A stretch of 64,000 nucleotides of DNA from a bacterium (GTDB lineage: Bacteria > SAR324 > NAC60-12): positions 1 to 64,000 of the forward strand of contig CBDDTI010000295.1 in the NCBI GenBank assembly GCA_965233585.1, written 5' to 3'. The notes below the pieces were generated by a model. It was not told the origin of the DNA and searched no databases. It saw only the letters and a list, made by a program, of their open reading frames with translations. The stretch's first letter is position 1. Every line of letters begins with the position of its first letter. A program made the position numbers and the translations under genes. This document shows, piece by piece, positions 1 through 9,298 of this stretch.

Positions 1-354
1 AATCTTGGATACATAAAAGCTAACCAACCGCTATGGCTTCGGGTGCCATAGACATTTTGTAGAAAATCGGTGGTATTTTCATCTAAACCAAAGTTTTCTA
101 TAAGGTCGGCTTCGTCTGTTTTAAAATTGTCGTTGTAAATAAAGTTTTCGCTTTTGGTGTTATAGGGTGGGTCTATATAAATCATTTTGATTTTCTCAAA
201 ATAATTTTGTTTGAGAATTTTGAGGACTTCTAGGTTATCGCCACGAATGACTACATTTTGAGATTGCGAGTTTCTGGATTCCGTGTCAAGCCTGCAATGA
301 CTGGTACCGTTGACATTGTCACCATTCCGTACTGGATTCTCCCCCTTTTTCAAA
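1..354 (-). pseudogene. mod: Type III R-M DNA methyltransferase (Mod), downstream fragment; continues off the left edge of the window
   Basis: Not in the ORF track. Manual minus-strand translation gives QNVVIRGDNLEVLKILKQNYFEKIKMIYIDPPYNTKSENFIYNDNF...SHSGWLAFMYPR, with the GDNL, DPPY and HSxWLxFMYPRL motifs of type III Mod. Separated from its N-terminus by the insertion at 355-2896. Confidence 0.93.
260..301. repeat. REP-like palindromic element lying in frame inside mod
   Basis: GAGATTGCGAG...GGATTCCGTGTCAAGCCTGCAATGAC matches the intergenic repeat family GTCATT(C/G)CG-N-CTTGA-N-CG(G/C)AATC seen at 709-1014, 21393-21676 and 34303-34800. Confidence 0.8.
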
Positions 355-656
355 GGCAGTGTTTAGTTGGTATTGTCATTGCATGTGAGAGTGAATTTGA
401 GGAATGGAAATGGGAAGTTGTCATCATTGTGGGAGTCAGACTTATATCAAGAATGGAAGTTACAAAGGGGTTCAGAGGTATCGTTGCAAGTCATGTCAGA
501 GAGCATTCACCTCAAATGGGTTGAGAATCCCACTAGAGACCAAGCGTCAAGCCTTAGAGATGTATGTCAATAGTGTAGGCATCAGAAAGATCGCTCGTTT
601 TTTGCAGGTGTCTCCCGCTTCAATTGTCAACTGGATCAAAAAAGCTAGAGTGTCTC
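355..656 (+). mobile_element. Truncated IS1-family copy (left end and partial insA)
   Basis: Near-identical to 2124-2425, with two amino-acid differences in InsA (G/R, R/K). Identity stops after GTGTCTC at 656. ORF 404-724 is a Zn-ribbon/HTH InsA with a read-through tail. Confidence 0.9.
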
Positions 657-708
657 CTTCACTGAAGGGGAATAAGAAGACGAAAAAACAAGCCTGCAAA
701 CTCCCTTT

Positions 709-1014
709 GTCATTCCGCACTTGATGCGGAATCTCAACAAAGAAGAATGAGATTGCGGGTCAAGCCCGCAATGACGGTTGTTTAGAGCTTGTAGGTCAAG
801 ATGAGTAATGACGTCAACTTAGTCATTCCGTGCTTGATGCGGAATCTATCTTAAACCAAGCACAGATTCCTACATGACTGGATTCCTGCTTTCGCTCCGA
901 ATGACAATAGTAGTCATTCCGCACTTGATGCGGAATCTCAACAAAGAAGAATGAGATTGCGGGTCAGGTCCCGCAGACGCCAACTTAGTCATTCCGTGCT
1001 TGACGCGGAATCTC
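709..1014. repeat. Cluster of REP/BIME-like palindromes
   Basis: Alternating GTCATTCCGCACTTGATGCGGAATCTC and GAGATTGCGGGTCAAGCCCGCAATGAC units. About 709-761 is duplicated at about 913-965. Confidence 0.88.
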
Positions 1015-1113
1015 AAAAAATAAGAACCGTTTGAGAAAAAAGCGAATAAATGGGGAAAAGAAGTAGAGACAAAAAGTGAGATTGCTCACTCAAGGTGAGC
1101 CATGACAGCGTTT

Positions 1114-1716
1114 TTATTTGGCAGGAGGAAGAAAAGAAAACAAAAAAGCTAATACGACTCCAAGCGTCACCAGATTTAAAGAAATGCCAAAACCCACCAT
1201 CCATTTCAGGAGTTTTTGCTCTCCTTTTAAAGAATAGACGTCTTCTCTGACATTCTGAATGTCTTCTTTCAACTCATCTCTGACATTTTGAATGTCTTCT
1301 TTCAGTTCATCTTTGACGTCTTTGATTTCATTTCTGACATTTTGAATGTCTTCTTTCAGTTCATCTTTGACGTCTTTGATTTCATCTCTGACATTTTGAA
1401 TGTCTTCTTTCAGTTCATCTTTGACGTCTTTGATTTCATCTCTGACATTTTGAATGTCTTCTTTCAGTTCATCTTTGACGTCTTTGATTTCATTTCTGAC
1501 ATTTTGAATGTCTTCTTTAGTGGCTTTTTGCTCCAGTTTTTCATTAAGACTTGTCTCTAAACCAGAAATTTGCTCTTTAGTAGAAAGTTTTGCAAAGTTG
1601 CTTTCTACCACAAACTTAAATTCTTCTGTCAATGCCTCTGCTTGCTCTTGTTCAAAGCCTGCAGCTTGCAAGTGTTTGGAAGTCTTGAGTGTGTCAAAAA
1701 GTAATGCGGTTTCCAT
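1114..1716 (-). CDS. DUF1640/CCDC90/Bdr-like coiled-coil protein with C-terminal membrane anchor
   Basis: N-terminal FDT...L..AGF..EQAEAL head, ATKED neck motif, repetitive coiled coil and a hydrophobic C-terminal helix (LLKWMVGFGISLNLVTLGVVLAFLF). Confidence 0.85.
   Translation of the reverse strand: METALLFDTLKTSKHLQAAGFEQEQAEALTEEFKFVVESNFAKLSTKEQISGLETSLNEKLEQKATKEDIQNVRNEIKDVKDELKEDIQNVRDEIKDVKDELKEDIQNVRDEIKDVKDELKEDIQNVRNEIKDVKDELKEDIQNVRDELKEDIQNVREDVYSLKGEQKLLKWMVGFGISLNLVTLGVVLAFLFSFLPPAK
1245..1517 (-). repeat. 54-bp coding tandem repeat (KEDIQNVR[N/D]EIKDVKDEL x4, plus shorter 11-aa units)
   Basis: Near-perfect DNA repeats are directly visible. Confidence 0.95.
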
Positions 1717-1822
1717 CAGCCGATAAGTGAGAATGTCAAAACCAGAATCATAACAAATTTAAAGACAAAATGGAAATAAAGAGAAAAAAAGAAAAGAAAA
1801 GCGAGAAGTTTGAAAGAAGAAT

Positions 1823-2090
1823 GAGATTGCGGGTCAAGGTAAGCAATGACCAAAAAACAAGTCTGCAGGTGTCAGAGTAGGGACAAACCCAAGTGTTTGT
1901 CCTGTGTTTTAAGAAAAAAAGAAGAGATTGCGGGTCAAGGCGAGCAATGACCAAAAAACAAGTCTGCAGGTGTCAGAGTAGGGACAAACCCAAGTGTTTG
2001 TCCTGTGTTTTAAGAAAAAAAGAAGAGATTGCGGGTCAAGGTGAGCAATGACGGTTGTTTAGAGCTTGTAGGTCAAGGTAAGCAATGACG
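1823..2090. repeat. REP cluster with a 101-bp tandem duplication containing a GTAG-type REP
   Basis: GAGATTGCGGGTCAAGG recurs at 1823, 1924 and 2025. Each of the two complete units contains GTAGGGACAAACCCAAGTGTTTGTCCTG. Confidence 0.88.
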
Positions 2091-2123
2091 AAAGGCAAAG
2101 TGTTTCAATTCCCCTCCATTGGA

Positions 2124-2896
2124 GGCAGTGTTTAGTTGGTATTGTCATTGCATGTGAGAGTGAATTTGAGGAATGGAAATGAGAAGTTGTCATCATTGTG
2201 GGAGTCAGACTTATATCAAGAATGGAAGTTACAAAGGGGTTCAGAGGTATCGTTGCAAGTCATGTCAGAAAGCATTCACCTCAAATGGGTTGAGAATCCC
2301 ACTAGAGACCAAGCGTCAAGCCTTAGAGATGTATGTCAATAGTGTAGGCATCAGAAAGATCGCTCGTTTTTTGCAGGTGTCTCCCGCTTCAATTGTCAAC
2401 TGGATCAAAAAAGCTAGAGTGTCTCAACTTCCAAAAGACGCACCAAGTTTCCATGCACAAGTAGATAGTATAGAGATGGATGAGATCTACACTTTTGTTC
2501 AAAAAAAAGCCAAAGAGTAGCTGTTTGGACAGCCTATTCTCGTCAAGAACAATGTGTGATTGCCTTTGTGATAGGCAAAGGATTAGCAGCAGCAAAGAAG
2601 CTGTATGCACTAGTCAAAGCACAACGAGCTAGAATTGAAACGATTTATACAGATGCCAACTCATGCTATCAAGTGGCATTTGCACAACTCCAAATTCCAC
2701 AAAAGCATCAGATAGGCAAGGACAACACTCATCTCATTGAATCTTCTAATTCTTCCATCAGAGATAACCTAGCTCGCTTGATGAGAAAATCTAAACGACA
2801 TTCCAAAACTTTTGACATGCTGGAACACTCTCTACAACTCTTCTTTGACTATAAAAGGTTTGAAAAATATCATGCCAATATCAAGTGAACACTGCC
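2124..2896 (+). mobile_element. Complete IS1-family insertion sequence (773 bp)
   Basis: Imperfect terminal IRs GGCAGTGTTTAGTTGGTATTGTCAT and GGCAGTGTTCACTTGATATTGGCAT (reverse complement). insA/insB arrangement and length typical of IS1. Confidence 0.93.
2173..2888 (+). CDS. IS1-family transposase InsAB, via a probable -1 programmed frameshift
   Basis: InsA 2173-2520 (CxxC...CxxC, HTH, ends EMDEIYTFVQKK). A8 slippery run at 2501-2508. The -1 frame continues SQRVAVWTAYSR...IYTD...HLIESSNSSIRDNLARL, the DDE core. Confidence 0.88.
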
Positions 2897-3210
2897 TTTT
2901 TCAAAGGGGGCAAGGGGGATTTAGATTGCCCTGCTTCAAATTGTAATTCAAATTCTGTTTCACTATCGGCTTTGGCACGTGCGATTCCTTTACCTGCAAA
3001 GGTGAGTTCGTAGCCTTTGTTGTTGCTGGTCGTTTGTGCAATATCTACAAAATCTTGTAAGGCGTTGATGTTAAGTTGTCCATCGCTATTGACTAAATGA
3101 GGGATTAGCTTTTTAAGGGCTTGTAGCTTTTGGTTTTTTTCTTGTTGTAAAGATTTGTTAGGTTCAATGGTTTTGATACCGTTTGCCTGTGCTTGTTTTT
3201 TATCTATCAT
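2897..3210 (-). pseudogene. mod: Type III Mod methyltransferase, N-terminal fragment
   Basis: MIDKKQ...LKKLIPHLVNSDGQLNINALQ...KGYELTFAGKGIA resembles Mod N-termini. It joins the 1-354 fragment in frame once the transposon and one copy of the duplication are removed. Confidence 0.85.
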
Positions 3211-3217
3211 TTTCAAG

Positions 3218-4204
3218 TTATATTTTAGTATGGAGTAAAAGCATGACAATCCCTATCATTTTTTCCTGATCATTAGGGTTGGATTCGGCAATTAAAATGG
3301 TCAACGTTGCTAAAGTTTCAGGGCTTATTTTCTTGGTAAAATTAAAGCCTGCTTTTTGCAAAAACCAAATAAAAGCAAATGCTGCACTGCGTTTGTTTCC
3401 ATCATTGAAAGAGTAATTTTTAACGATAAAATACAGCAAATGGGCGGCTTTTTGTTCTACACTTGGATAAGCATCTTCACCAAAAATCGTTTGAAAAACA
3501 TTGCCAATAATTCCTTTTAAATTTCCGCTTTTCTTTTCTTGTGCAAAAAGGTCAGTCGCTTCTTTTCTGTCTATGAGTTCCAATTTTAATTTTTCTAAAT
3601 CTTGCTGTAACTTTTCTGCGGAAATTTGTATTTCGGTTTGAGTTCCTTTTTGCGGAAAAGAATTTTTATCAAAACAATCCAAAGTCAACCAAGTTGGAGC
3701 AAAGCTTTTTATAAGTTCTAAAATATCTGATGCTTGTATAGTTTTATTATCTTTAATGAGTTGTTTCACATCTTCCACCGCTTGTAAAAATTCTTGGTGG
3801 TTTTGCTGGAGGCGATGTTGATTGATAGTAAAGCCTTTGGTGATGTGTTGTTTAAGTGTCTGGGTTGCCCATTTACGAAAAGCAATTGCCCTTGATGAAT
3901 TGGTTCTATATCCAACCGCTAAAATAATATCCAAAGAATAATAGGCTACGGGCTTATCAGAATGTGCAATATGCAAAAACTGCATATTGCTTTTTTCATC
4001 TACTTCGTTGTCCTTAAATATGTTGCGAATATGACGCGATATAACCGACTGGTCTTTCTCATACAACAGGGTTAAATCTTTTTGACTTGCCCAAATCGTT
4101 TCGTTGTCAGCATCGGTTTTCAGTTGCAATGCTCCGTCTTTGGTTTGGTAAATGGCGAAGGGAGCTTGTGGTTTTTCAGGAGGCATTTTTATATGTTTTT
4201 TCAA
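3218..4204 (-). CDS. RhuM/Fic-DOC family protein
   Basis: RhuM-like N-terminus (ETIWASQ, YYSLDIILAVGYRTNS...FRKWAT) plus a Fic/Doc domain with the degenerate motif NYSFNDGNKR. Confidence 0.9.
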   Translation of the reverse strand: MKKHIKMPPEKPQAPFAIYQTKDGALQLKTDADNETIWASQKDLTLLYEKDQSVISRHIRNIFKDNEVDEKSNMQFLHIAHSDKPVAYYSLDIILAVGYRTNSSRAIAFRKWATQTLKQHITKGFTINQHRLQQNHQEFLQAVEDVKQLIKDNKTIQASDILELIKSFAPTWLTLDCFDKNSFPQKGTQTEIQISAEKLQQDLEKLKLELIDRKEATDLFAQEKKSGNLKGIIGNVFQTIFGEDAYPSVEQKAAHLLYFIVKNYSFNDGNKRSAAFAFIWFLQKAGFNFTKKISPETLATLTILIAESNPNDQEKMIGIVMLLLHTKI

Positions 4205-4216
4205 CGTCTCTAATTG

Positions 4217-4297
4217 TTAGTTTTGATGCTCGGCTTGCGTTTGTGAGCTGTCAATGGTGTTGATGCCTTTTGCTTGTGTGTCTTGTTTGTTTATCAT
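4217..4297 (-). pseudogene. Degenerate duplicate of the mod 5' end (26 aa)
   Basis: MINKQDTQAKGINTIDSSQTQAEHQN* resembles the Mod start MIDKKQAQANGIKTIEPNKSLQQEKN. Confidence 0.55.
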
Positions 4298-4450
4298 TGA
4301 CTAGTTGATTAAGATGAGATTATAATGCGGGATTTTGTGAAAGTGGCAGTTTGAGACACATCTTTTGCACTTCTCTATTGTTTACTTCTAAAGTTTGCTG
4401 TCATCTTATGGGGAATCAGCAAAACAGTCATACCTAATTGGATAAGTCAG

Positions 4451-4654
4451 ATGGTCACAATAAAAATTAACGATGTCATTCAGCAGTATGAAGAGGGGAC
4501 TTCTCTTTTAGAAGTCATATCCAAAGAGGTGTCTTTTTTAGAGGGCATTGCTGTGGCACTCAATCAAGAAGTCATTACCAAAAAGCAATGGTCAGGTCAA
4601 ATCTTAAAAGACCAAGATAGTATATTGGTCGTGAAAGCAAGTCAAGGAGGTTAA
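4451..4654 (+). CDS. thiS: Sulfur carrier protein ThiS
   Basis: 67 aa, IAVALNQEVI, C-terminal GG; first gene of the thi operon. Confidence 0.95.
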   Translation: MVTIKINDVIQQYEEGTSLLEVISKEVSFLEGIAVALNQEVITKKQWSGQILKDQDSILVVKASQGG

Positions 4655-6520
<1,866 letters not shown>

Positions 6521-6521
6521 C

Positions 6522-7130
6522 ATGCTGATACTTCTTTCTCCTGAAAAAGAGGCTGATGATGAAATAGACACAGTGAATGGGCTTTTTGAAGCAGGCTTGT
6601 CAGTCTATCATTTAAGAAAACCCCATAAAACTTATCAAGAACATTGTCAGTATTTAGACCAAATCCATTCAGAATATCACCACAGAATAGTCGTTCATTT
6701 TTTTGATGAATTGCTGGAAACTTACGATTTAAAGGGAGTTCATTTTAAGGAGTCGCAACGGAACAATGACGGTCTTGTTTTAACAGAAAAAGTTGATGTT
6801 TTGAAGAAGAAAGGGAAAACTGTCAGTAGTGCGTTTCATCATATTGAGGATTTGTTGACATGTCCTTTCTGCTTTGATTATCATTTACTCAGTCCTGTAT
6901 TCTCATCTATTTCAAAAAAGGGGTATCAAGGAAAAGTCTTTAATGTCAATGGCATCAATAAAGTCGTAATAGGAATGGGTGGAATCACTCCCCAAAAAAT
7001 ACCTGAAATCGTCCAACTAGGGTTTTCTGGAATTGCAGTTTTAGGAGCTGTCTGGCAAACAGTGAATCCCGTAGCAAGTTTTGCTCATCTGAAAAATAAA
7101 TATAATCTTCATTATGAAAAACAGACCTAA
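6522..7130 (+). CDS. Thiamine phosphate synthase family protein (short ThiE/TenI-like paralog)
   Basis: YHLRKP, LSPVFSSISKKGY, MGGI and AVLGAVW motifs; lies in the thi operon. Likely start is ATG 6522. Confidence 0.85.
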   Translation: MLILLSPEKEADDEIDTVNGLFEAGLSVYHLRKPHKTYQEHCQYLDQIHSEYHHRIVVHFFDELLETYDLKGVHFKESQRNNDGLVLTEKVDVLKKKGKTVSSAFHHIEDLLTCPFCFDYHLLSPVFSSISKKGYQGKVFNVNGINKVVIGMGGITPQKIPEIVQLGFSGIAVLGAVWQTVNPVASFAHLKNKYNLHYEKQT

Positions 7131-7863
7131 TGTACTCACCATTGCTGGTTTAGACCCCTCTAATGGTGCAGGATTAGTAGCTGATACCAAAACGTTTGAA
7201 GCCTTAAAATGTTATGGACTTTCGGTGTGTTCAGCAAACACTGTACAAAATGACGTGGATTTTAAGGATTGTTATTGGATTCCTAGCAAGGTGATAAACG
7301 CACAGTTACAAGTATTGTTTGCACGCTTTCAAGTAACTTATGTGAAAATTGGCATCATGCAGAATTGGAAAGAAACTTTAGCATTGATCAATGAAATTCT
7401 GAGCTATAATGCTCATGCAAAAATCATTGTAGATCCAATTCTAAAATCAAGCTCTCATTTTCATTTGAATACCGATACTGAATTTAATGTATTAGATGCA
7501 ATTTTAGAGAAGATTTATTTGTTAACTCCTAACTATCATGAAATTCAGCAATTATACCCTGCCAAAAGTATAGAGGACACTATCAAACACATGACAAGCA
7601 AAACAAACCTTCTCTTAAAAGGAGGGCATGACCCACATCAATTAGGTCAAGACAAGTTGTTTAAAAAAGGAGGGCAAATGTATGTCTTGAATCCCAAGAA
7701 AAAAAATTGCTCAAAAAAACATGGCAGCGGCTGTGTGTTAACAGCGGCAATTACTAGCTATTTAGCATTGAAAAATCCATTATTAAAAGCCTGTTACAAA
7801 GGTAAAAGATATACTGAAAAAATATTGAGTTCCAATGAAACTTTGTTGGGTTATCATGGATAA
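7114..7863 (+). CDS. thiD: Hydroxymethylpyrimidine/phosphomethylpyrimidine kinase
   Basis: VLTIAGLDPSNGAGL.AD, DP, LTPN, LKGGH and HGSGC motifs. Confidence 0.94.
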   Translation: MKNRPNVLTIAGLDPSNGAGLVADTKTFEALKCYGLSVCSANTVQNDVDFKDCYWIPSKVINAQLQVLFARFQVTYVKIGIMQNWKETLALINEILSYNAHAKIIVDPILKSSSHFHLNTDTEFNVLDAILEKIYLLTPNYHEIQQLYPAKSIEDTIKHMTSKTNLLLKGGHDPHQLGQDKLFKKGGQMYVLNPKKKNCSKKHGSGCVLTAAITSYLALKNPLLKACYKGKRYTEKILSSNETLLGYHG

Positions 7864-8482
7864 ATTATATTACATATCACAGGGGGAAACTGAAGAAAGG
7901 CAGTTGCAAAATATTAAAAATGCTTGTGATTCGGGCTGTGAATTAATTCAATTAAGAGTGAAAAATGTGCCAGAAGCACTTCATATAAGAATTGCTGAAA
8001 AAGCACTAGTCATTTGCAAAGAATATCAAGCGGCTTTGATCATTAATGACTCGGTGAGCATTGCAGAACAAATCAATGCAGAAGGTGTGCATTTAGGTAA
8101 AAATGATATGCCCCCTTTGTTAGCTAGAGAAAGACTGGGAGAGAAAAGGATCATTGGAGGAACTGCAAATACTTATGAAGATTGTCTTTCTTTAATCTGT
8201 CAGAAAGTGGATTACATTGGATTAGGTCCTTTTCAATTCACAACCACCAAAAAGAATTTAAGCCCTGTGTTGGGATTTGAAAAAGTTGCAACAATTTTAT
8301 CAAAATTGGAGTCAACGAAACATACGCCTCCTATTTATGCCATTGGTGGTATTGAAGAAAAACACATCGCTCAACTTTATGAGACAGGTGTTTATGGAGT
8401 TGCTTTTTCAGGACTACTCTCTAATAAGCCGATACATATTACCAAAAAAACAATCAAAAAATTAAGAGAATATTTTATTTAA
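7856..8482 (+). CDS. thiE: Thiamine phosphate synthase
   Basis: IQLRVK, IIND, GVHLG, GTAN, DYIGLGP..TTTK and AIGGI motifs. Confidence 0.94.
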   Translation: MDKLYYISQGETEERQLQNIKNACDSGCELIQLRVKNVPEALHIRIAEKALVICKEYQAALIINDSVSIAEQINAEGVHLGKNDMPPLLARERLGEKRIIGGTANTYEDCLSLICQKVDYIGLGPFQFTTTKKNLSPVLGFEKVATILSKLESTKHTPPIYAIGGIEEKHIAQLYETGVYGVAFSGLLSNKPIHITKKTIKKLREYFI

Positions 8483-8497
8483 AAAACGATAATAAAG

Positions 8498-9292
8498 ATG
8501 GGATTGTTACAAATAGGAGACAAAAAATTTAGTTCAAGATTATTTACAGGAACGGGGAAATTCAGTTCATCATTGTTGATGCAAGAGTCTTTGTTAGCAT
8601 CGGGTAGTGAGCTGGTGACTGTTGCTTTAAAAAGAGTAGATGTAACAGATGAACAAGATGACATTTTAAAATATTTAAAACACCCTAGAATTAATTTATT
8701 ACCCAATACTTCTGGGGTCAGAACAGCTGAAGAAGCCATTTTTGCTGCACAATTAGCACGTGAGGCTTTGGAAACAAATTGGATCAAATTAGAAATCCAT
8801 CCTGACCCAAAATACTTGTTACCCGACCCAATAGAAACATTAAAAGCGTCAGAAAGTTTGGTCAAAATGGGGTTTGTGGTCATGCCATATATTCATGCAG
8901 ACCCTGTCTTGTGTAAACGTTTAGAAGAAGTTGGGACACAATGCGTGATGCCTTTGGGGGCACCTATAGGAACTAATAAGGGATTAAAAACGTTTGATTT
9001 TTTGGAAATCATTATTGAACAAAGTAACGTGCCTGTCATTATAGATGCGGGGATTGGCAGTCCGTCTCATGCGACACAAGCTATGGAGATGGGGGCAGAT
9101 GCAGTACTCATCAATACTGCCATTGCTGTCTCTCAAAATCCTATAGAAATGGCAAAGGCTTTTCAAATGGCAGTGCAGGCAGGGAGAATGGCTTATGAGT
9201 CAAAACTAGCTCCAATGATACACAAAACAGCTCAGGCAAGTAGCCCTTTGACCTCTTTTTTAGAAAATCCATCATGTCAGCATCAAGAATAG
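8498..9292 (+). CDS. thiG: Thiazole synthase
   Basis: [29 protein letters not shown] and DAGIG motifs. Confidence 0.97.
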   Translation: MGLLQIGDKKFSSRLFTGTGKFSSSLLMQESLLASGSELVTVALKRVDVTDEQDDILKYLKHPRINLLPNTSGVRTAEEAIFAAQLAREALETNWIKLEIHPDPKYLLPDPIETLKASESLVKMGFVVMPYIHADPVLCKRLEEVGTQCVMPLGAPIGTNKGLKTFDFLEIIIEQSNVPVIIDAGIGSPSHATQAMEMGADAVLINTAIAVSQNPIEMAKAFQMAVQAGRMAYESKLAPMIHKTAQASSPLTSFLENPSCQHQE

Positions 9293-9298
9293 TCAACA

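Larger units (their letters stand above)
355..2896 (+). mobile_element. IS1-family composite transposon: truncated IS1 + cargo + complete IS1
   Basis: Outer ends are GGCAGTGT (355) and ACACTGCC (2896), flanked by the identical 9-bp direct repeat TTTTTCAAA at 346-354 and 2897-2905. Two directly oriented IS copies. Confidence 0.85.

Noticed and set aside
258..573. ORFs 258-524 and 367-573 (also 2136-2342 and 2389-2610)
   Set aside because: Alternative frames across the IS1 and REP sequence.
1245..1517. CRISPR array
   Set aside because: Contiguous 54-bp coding repeats with no unique spacers and no cas genes.
1288..1954. ORFs 1288-1560, 1508-1726 and 1748-1954
   Set aside because: Antisense shadows of the repeat gene, or translations of REP arrays.
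355..2896. Self-splicing intron, IStron or intein in mod
   Set aside because: No group I/II structure, reverse transcriptase or intein motifs. The boundaries are IS1 inverted repeats with a target duplication.
4300..4450. TPP riboswitch
   Set aside because: Conserved core motifs are not visible; an Infernal scan is needed to exclude it fully.
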